From positions 1 through 64,000 of the forward strand of contig CBDCCS010000001.1 in the NCBI GenBank assembly GCA_965214935.1: 64,000 nucleotides of DNA, in the 5' to 3' direction. The position numbers and the translations under genes are program-made. Origin of the DNA: Candidatus Velthaea sp. (lineage in GTDB: Bacteria; Vulcanimicrobiota; Vulcanimicrobiia; Vulcanimicrobiales; Vulcanimicrobiaceae). The notes under the pieces are model-generated. The model did not search any database and was not told the DNA's origin. It was given only the letters and a program-made list of their open reading frames with translations. Within the stretch, counting starts at the first letter, position 1. Every line of letters starts with the position of its first letter. Shown here one piece after another: positions 29,803 to 39,878 of the stretch.

Positions 29803-29853
29803 GCAGCATTCGCGGTGCAAGTGCTGCTTCGTGCGGCCGCTGCCGAGCGGCGA

Positions 29854-30249
29854 TTACCGCTTCGAGAACTGGAAGCGCTTACGAGCCCGTTTACGGCCGT
29901 ACTTTTTCGATTCTTTTTCGCGCGGGTCTCGCGTGAGCAGCCCATTACGACGCAACGGCTCGCGTAACGATTCGTCCATCTCAAGTAATGCGCGCGCGAT
30001 GCCGTGACGCACGGCTCCGGCTTGGCCCGAGACGCCGCCGCCTTCACACTTCACGTCGACGTTAAAACGCGCCAGGCTTTGGGTGACATCGAGGGGTTGG
30101 CGTACGATCTGTACCCAGCTAGCGCGCGGAAAGTATTCGTCGACGGTCTTCTTATTGACCGTGATGACGCCCTGACCGAGCGACAGCTTCACTCGTGCGA
30201 CGGCACGTTTACGCCGGCCGGTACCCTGAAAAATATCGGAGGTCTGCAT
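29854..30249 (-). CDS. rpsI: 30S ribosomal protein S9
   Basis: GTGRRK, GGGVSGQAGAVRHGIARAL, QFSKR. Confidence 0.99.
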   Translation of the reverse strand: MQTSDIFQGTGRRKRAVARVKLSLGQGVITVNKKTVDEYFPRASWVQIVRQPLDVTQSLARFNVDVKCEGGGVSGQAGAVRHGIARALLEMDESLREPLRRNGLLTRDPREKESKKYGRKRARKRFQFSKR

Positions 30250-30255
30250 CGAATC

Positions 30256-30681
30256 CTATTTCAGCGGAGCAGGCTTTTGCGCCGCATGGGGATGGGCTTC
30301 GCCGGCATAAACCGCAAGACGGTTGAGCTGAACGTCGCGCATGCGATTGGTCGGTAACATACCGCGAACCGCTCGTTCGACGAGCCGTTCGGGATAGCGT
30401 TCGCGTACGTTTTGCGCGGTCTCGGTGCGCAAGCCGCCGGGAAAACCAGAATGCCGGTAATACACTTTTTGGCGCCATTTATCGCCGCCGAGCTCGACCT
30501 TCTCGGCATTGATAACAACCACGTGGTCGCCGTTGTCGATGTGCGGCGTCCAGGTCGGTTTTTGCTTACCGGAGAGGGCTTGCGCGATCCGCACCGCCAG
30601 CGTTCCCAGACGCAATCCGGCGGCGTCGACGATGAACCAATCGTGCTGCGTCTCGGCAGTTTTTTGAAAGTACGTGCGCAT
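30256..30681 (-). CDS. rplM: 50S ribosomal protein L13
   Basis: WFIVDA, TPHIDNGDHVVVINAEK, YRHSGFPGG, AVRGMLP, HPHAAQKP. Confidence 0.99.
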   Translation of the reverse strand: MRTYFQKTAETQHDWFIVDAAGLRLGTLAVRIAQALSGKQKPTWTPHIDNGDHVVVINAEKVELGGDKWRQKVYYRHSGFPGGLRTETAQNVRERYPERLVERAVRGMLPTNRMRDVQLNRLAVYAGEAHPHAAQKPAPLK

Positions 30682-30734
30682 GACCTATCCAGAAAAGAAG
30701 CAGGCCCGGCCCCCGAGACCGCGGCAACCCTCGA

Positions 30735-30763
30735 AGTATACGGGGCACGGACCGGCCCGTCAA
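30735..30763 (-). promoter_or_regulatory. Sigma70-type promoter of rplM-rpsI
   Basis: Minus strand TTGACG-17 nt-TATACT. Confidence 0.82.
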
Positions 30764-30788
30764 GGCATGCTCTGCGCGATTCGCTCCG

Positions 30789-31421
30789 TTAAAGCGCCTC
30801 GAGCGCCTTCCGATCGGCGATGATAAGACCCTTGAGCCGGCCGCCGCGCACGATGCCCGCGCGTGCAAACGCCGCAACCGCTTGAGAACACGATTCGCGC
30901 GAGGTCCCGGCCAGATGAGCCAGGTCTTCCTGCGAAAGCGGCAGATCGATCCGTGTCCCGGCCGGCACCGTGACGCCGAAATCATCGGCGATTTCGAGCA
31001 GTGCTCCGGCAACCCGCGCCTCGACCCCGGCTCGGCTGAGCGCCTCGATCTTGGTTTGTAGCCGTGCAACTCGCCGGCCGACATTGGCCGCAACATTCAA
31101 ATACATCGTCGGGTCGGCCGCGGCGTGGTGCTCGAAGGCGTCACGCGAGATCATCAACAGCCGGGCATCGGCAATTGCTTGTGCGCCGCTCTCGGCCGAG
31201 CGCTCGCCAAAAACGGCTCCCGGTGCCAACACGTCACCCGTTTTGGCTAAGAACAGCGTTAAATCGCGCACGAACGCCGCCCGGCGGAAAACGCGAAACC
31301 ACGCGCCCGTCACGATCATGACGGACGGCGCATCGAGCGCGATTGTCGCGCCGCGGACCACCGTCTCGACTTGTCCGTCGGCGGACAGGCGGGCGATCTG
31401 ATTTGCGGTCAGTCCGGACAT
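30789..31421 (-). CDS. Crp/Fnr family transcriptional regulator
   Basis: C-terminal HTH LPLSQEDLAHLAGTSRESCSQ; cNMP-like N-domain; AAGGAG upstream of the ATG at 31421. Confidence 0.9.
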   Translation of the reverse strand: MSGLTANQIARLSADGQVETVVRGATIALDAPSVMIVTGAWFRVFRRAAFVRDLTLFLAKTGDVLAPGAVFGERSAESGAQAIADARLLMISRDAFEHHAAADPTMYLNVAANVGRRVARLQTKIEALSRAGVEARVAGALLEIADDFGVTVPAGTRIDLPLSQEDLAHLAGTSRESCSQAVAAFARAGIVRGGRLKGLIIADRKALEAL

Positions 31422-31477
31422 CCGATGCTCCTTCGGCCCAGGGGCACGCGACACTTTCGCGCAAACGCGCGGCCTCT

Positions 31478-31846
31478 ATGGATATTGGGGCGCGGGAACT
31501 TTTCGATCTTCCGGAGAGCGAAATCGACGCGTTGCCGTTCGGTCTTATCGCCGTCGATGCCGACGGAACGATTCGGCAATACAATGCCTACGAGTCGCGC
31601 ATGGCGCGCTTGCCCAAGGACCGCGTCATCGGCCGTAACTTTTTTCGTGACGTTGCGCCATGCTTATCGGTCCACGGCTTCCAGGGCCGGTTCGAGCGCT
31701 TCTTGGAACAAACCGGCGACGCCGCCGAATCGTTCGATTTTGAATTCCGCTTCGCGTTCGGACGTCAGTTCGTTAAAATCACGTTCGTGCGCAGCACGAA
31801 GAACAAGCAAATTAAAATACTGGTCAATCGCTATGACGATCCATGA
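31478..31846 (+). CDS. pyp: Photoactive yellow protein (PYP) homologue
   Basis: IDALPFGLIAVDADGTIRQYNAYE...VIGRNFFRDVAPC aligns with PYP; equivalents of Tyr42, Glu46 and chromophore-binding Cys69 present. Confidence 0.85.
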   Translation: MDIGARELFDLPESEIDALPFGLIAVDADGTIRQYNAYESRMARLPKDRVIGRNFFRDVAPCLSVHGFQGRFERFLEQTGDAAESFDFEFRFAFGRQFVKITFVRSTKNKQIKILVNRYDDP

Positions 31847-32619
31847 TCGAGACCCGGTAAAGCCGGGCGGTACGAGCTGAAGCCGTCGTACGTAACACCG
31901 GTTAATGCAAGGCCGCAGGCCGGCGCGGTATAACCGGCTTGCTTGCGATCGCGCGAGGCTAAAATCCGCGGAATATCATCGACCGGGCGCCGGCCGGTGC
32001 CGATCTCGATGAGCGTACCGACGGTTATGCGGACCATGCGGTGCAAGAAACCGTCGCCGACGATTCGAATCCGGGCAAGTTCGCCGCAGCGGTCGATGCC
32101 GATCGACGAAATTCCGCGGACCGTCGGTCCGCTCGTCGGCAGCACGCCGCAAAACGCAATAAAATCGAACTCGCCGATGAAGTCGAGCGCCGCGCGCTCG
32201 AAGCGCCCGACGTCGATCGGCATCCATACATGGTGCGCGAAGCGCGCCATTGCACCTGACGGCGTCGCACGATTGAGAACGAGATACTCGTAGATCCGCG
32301 TTCGGGCGTCGAAGCGCGCGGAAAACGCGTTGTCCACGATTGCAGCATCGCGCGCGCTAACGTCGGCGGGCAATCGCGCGTTGAGCGCAAGCGCCAACCG
32401 CTCGATCGGAAACCGGCGCTCGCTACAGAATGAAATAACTTGACCGGTCGCGTGAACGCCGGTGTCCGTTCGGCCGGCGGCGGTCAGCTTGATCGGCTCC
32501 GCGAAAAGACCGCTCAATACGGCTTCGACTTGACCGCAGACCGTGCGCAGCCCCGGTTGAAATTGCCAGCCATGATAGTCGGTGCCGTCATACTCGATGA
32601 CGCAACGATATGTTACCAC
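31831..32619 (-). CDS. truA: tRNA pseudouridine(38-40) synthase
   Basis: EYDGTDYHGWQ, AGRTDTGVHATGQV, FSARFDA, FLHRMVR, TAPACGL. Confidence 0.97.
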   Translation of the reverse strand: MVTYRCVIEYDGTDYHGWQFQPGLRTVCGQVEAVLSGLFAEPIKLTAAGRTDTGVHATGQVISFCSERRFPIERLALALNARLPADVSARDAAIVDNAFSARFDARTRIYEYLVLNRATPSGAMARFAHHVWMPIDVGRFERAALDFIGEFDFIAFCGVLPTSGPTVRGISSIGIDRCGELARIRIVGDGFLHRMVRITVGTLIEIGTGRRPVDDIPRILASRDRKQAGYTAPACGLALTGVTYDGFSSYRPALPGLDHGSS

Positions 32620-32729
32620 CGCAAGAAGATGCGGACTGCGTTCATCGCCTGCGCGGCATTCAACGAACGAAAACGAGCCGCCTCGCGGCGACTCGTCAAA
32701 CAACTATGCGTCAGCGGAGCGGCGAAAAT

Positions 32730-33164
32730 TTAGGCCGGCACCGGAACCGGGCGGTGTTCGTCGAGATCCAGCACATCGGCCCAGCTTTTGATGTCGGTAC
32801 GTTCGGGCGCAACCTGCTGCAAGAGCGACTGGAAGAACTTCTCGGAATCGGTGCCGGGCGCGGGGCCCGACGCTAACCACTGGGCATTCCAATCCGCGAT
32901 CTCCGATTCACTCTTTTTGTGAATGAACGGAGCGACATAATCGCTAATTTCCTGATCGCTTTTCGCTTTCGAGATAACATCGAGAAGCGCTTCGTGGTCG
33001 ATGCCCAAAAAGCTGAAAATTGCGGCATCCATCGGGCAGTTATAGTGGTACTCGCCAAGATTACCGTGCGCTTTGGCTTTGCCTTTATCGATCGTGCGAG
33101 CGAGTTGCACCACGCCGTGTAGCTCGGTTTTGACACTCGTCGGATACGTCTGAGTGAGATCCAT
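32730..33164 (-). CDS. DUF5069-like protein
   Basis: L.R.IDK.KA...G.LGEYHYNCPMD...FLGID pattern; AAGGA upstream of the ATG. Confidence 0.75.
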   Translation of the reverse strand: MDLTQTYPTSVKTELHGVVQLARTIDKGKAKAHGNLGEYHYNCPMDAAIFSFLGIDHEALLDVISKAKSDQEISDYVAPFIHKKSESEIADWNAQWLASGPAPGTDSEKFFQSLLQQVAPERTDIKSWADVLDLDEHRPVPVPA

Positions 33165-33307
33165 GGAAGTTCCTTACTGTGCACCGGAACGTGCACCGGA
33201 GTGCTGTTTGGCGGATAGCGGTCGCGTCTGCATGAGTCGTCGCAGCCGCCCGGAGTTGCGCCGCGACCCGAGGCCGTCACGCCGACGATACGGCCTTGAA
33301 ACGGCTC

Positions 33308-34804
33308 TTATTGGACGAGCCGTTGCAGCGGAAACAATAGCACGTCGCGGATCGATGCGTTATTCGTGAGTAACATAACGATCCGGTCCACGCCGATGCC
33401 GATCCCGGCGGTGGGCGGCATGCCGATCTCGAGCGCCGTAACGAAGTCCCAATCCGGCGGCGGCACTTCTTGGTCGCCGGCCGCCTTTTCAGCGATCTGC
33501 AACTCGAAGCGGCGGCGCTGATCGTCGGGATCGTTCAGCTCGCTAAACGCGTTGGCAAGCTCCATATAAGCGCCGAAAAGCTCGTAACGTTCGGTAAGCT
33601 CCGGATCGTCGGCCATCCGCTTGGCCAACGGCGAAAGAATGACGGGATACCCGTACACGAAGGTCGGCGACAGCAGGTGCGGCTCGATCACTCGCTCGAA
33701 AATCTTATCGAGCGCGTGCGCGTGCGTAGGCGAGCGCGGGATGCCGATATCAGTCAAGATTTGCTGCGCCGCGGCGAAATCGAGCAACCGCTCCCGGTCG
33801 AGACCGCCGTACGTTTTCATCGCTTCGAGATAACCGATACGTGCGAACGGCGTTGCAAACGAAATTGCGTCCTCGCCGTACATGAGCGTATCGCCGCCGT
33901 GCAGGCTATGCACGAGATGCGCGAACAAATCTTCGTTGAATTGCATCATCTCGTGCACCGACCAAAACGCGGCGTATAATTCGAGCATCGTAAATTCGGG
34001 ATTGTGCGTCGCGTCGATGCCTTCGTTGCGAAAGATGCGGCCGATCTCATACACCCGCTCCAAGCCGCCCACGATAAGCCGCTTGAGATTGAGCTCCGTC
34101 GCAATCCGCAAGGTCAATTGCGCGTCGCCCAGCGCGTTGGATCTGGTGAGAAACGGCCGGGCGGTCGCGCCGCCCGCAATGTGGACGAGCACCGGCGTCT
34201 CGCATTCGTGAAAACCGCGCGCATCGATGAAGCGCCGCATCTCGGCGATAATTTTCGAGCGCGCGATGAAGACGTCGCGCACGTGCGGATTGACCGCCAG
34301 ATCGATGTAGCGCTGGCGCGAGCGCTTCTCGATGTCCGTTAAGCCGTGCCACTTGTCCGGCAACGGCGCGAGCGCTTTGCCCAAGACCTCGAACGAACCG
34401 ACATGGAGGGTCAGCTCGCCCATCTTCGATCGAAAGACAAAGCCGCGAACGCCGACGAAGTCGCCGCGATCCAGCTCACGGAAGGCGTCGAAGGCGTTAC
34501 CGAGTTCGTCGCGCTTGAGATAGAGTTGGAAGCGGCCGCTTACGTCGTCGATGTCGGCGAAGATGACTTTGCCTTGTCCGCGCATCGCCATGAGACGTCC
34601 GGCAAGTGCGTGTGTTTGCGCTTCGGCATGCTCTTGCGGCGCAAGTGTCGCGTACCGTGCCGCGAGGTCCGCAGCGTGAGCGCTAACGTCGAACCGCGTT
34701 GCCTCGAACGGGTCGATCCCGCGTTCGCGCAAAGCGGCCAAATTCGTTCGCCGCGCCGCGATCAGCTCGGCTTCACGCCTGCCAACGTCTTCCTCGCTCA
34801 CCAT
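33308..34804 (-). CDS. lysS: Lysine--tRNA ligase (class II)
   Basis: LPDKWHGL, GGATARPF, LRIATEL, FRNEGIDATHNPEFT, GMPPTAGIGIGVDR. Confidence 0.98.
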   Translation of the reverse strand: MVSEEDVGRREAELIAARRTNLAALRERGIDPFEATRFDVSAHAADLAARYATLAPQEHAEAQTHALAGRLMAMRGQGKVIFADIDDVSGRFQLYLKRDELGNAFDAFRELDRGDFVGVRGFVFRSKMGELTLHVGSFEVLGKALAPLPDKWHGLTDIEKRSRQRYIDLAVNPHVRDVFIARSKIIAEMRRFIDARGFHECETPVLVHIAGGATARPFLTRSNALGDAQLTLRIATELNLKRLIVGGLERVYEIGRIFRNEGIDATHNPEFTMLELYAAFWSVHEMMQFNEDLFAHLVHSLHGGDTLMYGEDAISFATPFARIGYLEAMKTYGGLDRERLLDFAAAQQILTDIGIPRSPTHAHALDKIFERVIEPHLLSPTFVYGYPVILSPLAKRMADDPELTERYELFGAYMELANAFSELNDPDDQRRRFELQIAEKAAGDQEVPPPDWDFVTALEIGMPPTAGIGIGVDRIVMLLTNNASIRDVLLFPLQRLVQ

Positions 34805-34871
34805 GCGCAGTTACGACAGCAACGGAGGGCGTCCGTTTTTCGGCCGTTGTTACGACCGGTCGTTACACCCG

Positions 34872-35375
34872 CTACGAAGCCTTCTTGCCTTTTTTTACAG
34901 CTTTATTGATCGACTCGATTTTGTATTTCATCTGCCCGCGCGGCGTCGTGACGTCGACGACCTCGCCTTGTTTGCGGCCCATGAGCGCATGCCCGAGCGG
35001 CGATTCGTTCGAGAGCCGCGCATTTTTCGGATCGGCTTCGGCCGAGCCGACGATGGTAAATTCGTGCGCGCTGCCGCTGCCGGTTTCTTTCACCCTGACG
35101 GTCGCGCCTAGATGCACTTCGTCGGCAACATAGTCACTTTGATCGATGATCCGCGCATTGCGAATCATGCTCTCGAGCTTGAGCACGCGGCCTTCAACGA
35201 ACGCCTGTTCTTGTTTCGCGTCTTCGTATTCCGCGTTTTCCGAGATGTCGCCGAATTCTTTGGCCTGGCGAATGCGTTCGTTGACTTCGCGGCGGTGGAC
35301 GGTCTTGAGCTCGTCGAGCTCGTCCTCGAGCTTCTTGAGCCCGTCGCGCGTCAGCACGATTTCTTTTTCGTTCAA
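34872..35375 (-). CDS. greA: Transcription elongation factor GreA
   Basis: AKEFGDISENAEYEDAK, SNESPLG; TTG start at 35375. Confidence 0.97.
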   Translation of the reverse strand: MNEKEIVLTRDGLKKLEDELDELKTVHRREVNERIRQAKEFGDISENAEYEDAKQEQAFVEGRVLKLESMIRNARIIDQSDYVADEVHLGATVRVKETGSGSAHEFTIVGSAEADPKNARLSNESPLGHALMGRKQGEVVDVTTPRGQMKYKIESINKAVKKGKKAS

Positions 35376-35563
35376 TCCGGAGCTCCTGGGAAAGCCGAAC
35401 GCCGCTAAAGTGCGGCGCTCACGAACCCGACCCCGCAGATTCGCGACTGTTTGTCTTAAAAACCTGCTAAAAGGCTCGAAATCATCAAGGATCAGCGGCG
35501 CGTTGCGGCGACGGCCGGCAACCGAACGGAGGCCCTTAGGCGCCATGCGACGTAACCGCTGAA

Positions 35564-36841
35564 ATGATCCTCGAGCGCACCGATACCGGCGATCTACGCG
35601 CATTGCAGCAGTCCGGTGTCGCGCGCGGCGTGAGCGTTGCACACGACATTTTTATCGATCGTGCAGACGGGGCGCGCGTGTGGGATACCGACGGCCGCGA
35701 ATATCTCGACTTCGTCGGCGGAATCGGCGTGTTGAATCTCGGTCACCGTCATCCGCGAGTCGTCGCCGCCGTACGCGATCAACTCGAGCGCTTTACGCAC
35801 ACGTGCTTCCAAGTCGCGATGTATGACGGCTATGTGCTCCTGGCGGAGCGGCTCAACGCGCTGACGCCCGGTAACTTTGCGAAGAAAACGCTGCTGGTCA
35901 CGACGGGCGCCGAAGCGGTCGAGAACGCGGTCAAGATCGCTCGCGCCGCCACCGGCCGGTCGGCGATCGTGACCTTCGCTCGCGGGTATCACGGCCGGAC
36001 GATGTTTGCGCTCGCGATGACGGCGAAGACGAACCCGTACAAGCAAAACTTCGGCCCGTTTCCGGGCGATGTCTACCACGCGCCGTATCCGAATGCGTTC
36101 GCGGGCTGGACGGCCGCCGGAGCGCTTACAGCACTCGAAGCGATGTTCGAGACCGAGATCGCCGCCGACCGGATCGCCGCAATCGTCGTTGAACCGGTGC
36201 TCGGCGAGGGCGGCTTCGTGCCGGCGCCGGCGGAATTTTTGCGCGGCTTGCGGCGCATCACCGATCGGCACGGCATCGTTCTGGTCAGCGACGAGATTCA
36301 GTCGGGTTTCGGGCGAACCGGGAAGATGTTCGCTATCGAGCACAGCGGCGTCGTACCGGACCTCGTGCTCGTCGCCAAGAGCTTAGCGGGCGGACTGCCG
36401 CTGGCCGGCGTGATCGGCCGGGCGGATATCATGGACGCCCCGTTGCCGGGCGGTCTGGGCGGCACGTTTGCCGGCAATCCCATGGCCTGCGCCGCTGCGC
36501 TCGCGACGCTCGACGCGTTTGAAGAAGACGGCCTGCTCGACCGGGCCGTCGCGATCGGCCGTACGACGCACGCCGCCTTACGCGATTTGCAGCGCCGGCA
36601 TGCCACGATCGTCGACGTCCGCGGGTTAGGCGCCATGCTGGCCTTCGAGACGGCGCAAGCCGACGATGCGCAGCGCATCGTCGAAGCTGCCCGCAGTCGC
36701 GGTCTGCTCTTGCTCAAAGCCGGTGCCGGGAACGTCATTCGGCTTTTGATGCCGCTCGTTATCAGCGACGCCGAGCTCGAGACGGGTCTCGATCGATTGG
36801 CGCAAAGTTGTGCCGCCGCGCTCGAAGCAGCGGCCGTTTAA
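35564..36841 (+). CDS. gabT: 4-aminobutyrate--2-oxoglutarate aminotransferase
   Basis: FTHTCF, TGAEAVENAVKIAR, YHGRT, EPVLGEGG, DEIQSGFGRTG, AKS, GGLGGTFAGNP. Confidence 0.92.
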   Translation: MILERTDTGDLRALQQSGVARGVSVAHDIFIDRADGARVWDTDGREYLDFVGGIGVLNLGHRHPRVVAAVRDQLERFTHTCFQVAMYDGYVLLAERLNALTPGNFAKKTLLVTTGAEAVENAVKIARAATGRSAIVTFARGYHGRTMFALAMTAKTNPYKQNFGPFPGDVYHAPYPNAFAGWTAAGALTALEAMFETEIAADRIAAIVVEPVLGEGGFVPAPAEFLRGLRRITDRHGIVLVSDEIQSGFGRTGKMFAIEHSGVVPDLVLVAKSLAGGLPLAGVIGRADIMDAPLPGGLGGTFAGNPMACAAALATLDAFEEDGLLDRAVAIGRTTHAALRDLQRRHATIVDVRGLGAMLAFETAQADDAQRIVEAARSRGLLLLKAGAGNVIRLLMPLVISDAELETGLDRLAQSCAAALEAAAV

Positions 36842-38242
<1,401 letters not shown>

Positions 38243-38258
38243 ATGCTGGAGATGAATC

Positions 38259-39782
38259 GTGACCGTTAGTGAAATTCGCGCCGAACTCGGCCGGCTGCAA
38301 ACGTCGCCCGACGGCGTCGCGCTCATGTATATTGCCGGCGACTGGCTGCCGGCATCCGACGGCGGAACGCGCGAACTGATCGACCCCGGTACGGGCGAGA
38401 CGATCGGCCGCGTTGCCGAGGGAACGACGAGCGACACGCTACGCGCGATCGCCGCCGCACGTTCCGCTTTCGATAGCGGGCCGTGGCGTCAAACGTCGGC
38501 GCACGACCGGGCCAAATTGCTTTTCCGCATCGCCGATGCCATCGAGGCGAATGCCGAAGAATTCGCGCGTATCGAGACGCTCAACGCCGGCAAGCCGTTG
38601 CGCGAAACCGAGACCGACGTCGCCGATGCAGCGAACTGCTTCCGATATTATGCCGGGCTGGCGACGAAACCGCACGGCGAAAGTTTCGACGTTCCGGCGC
38701 CTTCGCAAACGTTCACCGTTCGCGAACCGATCGGCGTCTGCGGGCAGATCGTGCCATGGAATTTCCCGCTGCTCATGGCGGCTTGGAAACTCGCGCCGGC
38801 GTTGGCCGCCGGAAACGTGTGCGTGCTTAAACCGTCGGAGTTGACGCCGCTAACGGCGCTGCGGCTTGCGCAAATTATTGATGAAGCCGGCTTACCGCAC
38901 GGCGTGCTTAGCGTCGTTACCGGTGCCGGACCGGTCGCCGGCGCGGCGCTATCCGAAAGCCACGATGTCGATAAGATCGCTTTCACGGGCGGCACGTCGA
39001 CGGGCCGTACGATCATGCAAGCCGCAACCGGGAATCTCAAGAAAATATCGCTCGAATTAGGCGGTAAATCACCGAACATCGTCTTTGCCGATGCCGACTT
39101 CGAGACCGCCGTCGACTACGCACTGCTTGCGATATACGCGGGTTGCGGACAAGTCTGCTCGGCCGGTTCGCGCTTGATTCTCGATGATGCAATCTACGAT
39201 CGGTTCGTTGCGCGGCTCGTCGAACAAGCGCGCAAAATCGTCGTCGGGAACGGCTTCGACCGCGCGACGGAGATGGGTCCGCTCATCAGCGCGCAACATC
39301 TGGCCAAAGTCGAGAAGTTCATTGAGATCGGTATCGCCGAAGGCGCAAAACTGCTGTGCGGCGGCGCACGTCCCGAGGGCGCCCAAGCCGCGCACGGCAA
39401 CTACTTGCAACCGACGATCTTTGCCGAAACGACGCCGCACATGCGCATCGTACGCGAAGAGATTTTCGGCCCGGTGCTCGTTGTGCAGCGCTTCTCCACC
39501 GAAGCCCAAGCAATCGCGATCGCGAACGACACGCCGTTCGGTTTAGCCGGTGCGGTGTTCACGCAGGACGCCGCGCGCGCGCATCGCGTCGTGCGCGCTC
39601 TTCGCGCCGGCATCACGTGGATCAACACCTATCATCCGACGTATAACGAAGCACCGTGGGGCGGTTACAAACAATCCGGGATCGGTCGCGAACTCGGCAC
39701 CTACGGTTTCGATGAGTACACCGAAGTCAAACAAATCAACGTCAATTTAGCCATAGAACCCAGCGGGTGGTTCGCCGGGTAA
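38259..39782 (+). CDS. Aldehyde dehydrogenase (aminobutyraldehyde/betaine-aldehyde type)
   Basis: PWNFPL, FTGG, LELGGKSP, GQVCSAG, EEIFGP, GGYKQSG. Confidence 0.92.
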   Translation: MTVSEIRAELGRLQTSPDGVALMYIAGDWLPASDGGTRELIDPGTGETIGRVAEGTTSDTLRAIAAARSAFDSGPWRQTSAHDRAKLLFRIADAIEANAEEFARIETLNAGKPLRETETDVADAANCFRYYAGLATKPHGESFDVPAPSQTFTVREPIGVCGQIVPWNFPLLMAAWKLAPALAAGNVCVLKPSELTPLTALRLAQIIDEAGLPHGVLSVVTGAGPVAGAALSESHDVDKIAFTGGTSTGRTIMQAATGNLKKISLELGGKSPNIVFADADFETAVDYALLAIYAGCGQVCSAGSRLILDDAIYDRFVARLVEQARKIVVGNGFDRATEMGPLISAQHLAKVEKFIEIGIAEGAKLLCGGARPEGAQAAHGNYLQPTIFAETTPHMRIVREEIFGPVLVVQRFSTEAQAIAIANDTPFGLAGAVFTQDAARAHRVVRALRAGITWINTYHPTYNEAPWGGYKQSGIGRELGTYGFDEYTEVKQINVNLAIEPSGWFAG

Positions 39783-39805
39783 CGAAAAGTCGAAGGGCTC
39801 GCAAG

Positions 39806-39839
39806 AGCGCGCGGTTTAAGACGGCGTAAACCGCGCGCT
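39806..39839. repeat. 13-bp perfect inverted repeat (hairpin or operator)
   Basis: AGCGCGCGGTTTA-8 nt-TAAACCGCGCGCT; no following U tract. Confidence 0.75.
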
Positions 39840-39878
39840 GTCGCCTGGGTCAGCCGCTCAAAAACGTTTGGAGGGTCG

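Noticed and set aside
34810..34877. GTTACGAC-like repeats between greA and lysS
   Set aside because: Short, irregularly spaced and too few for a CRISPR or iteron array.
35376..35642. N-terminal extension of greA in the ORF track
   Set aside because: Overlaps the divergent gabT start; GreA similarity begins at TTG 35375.
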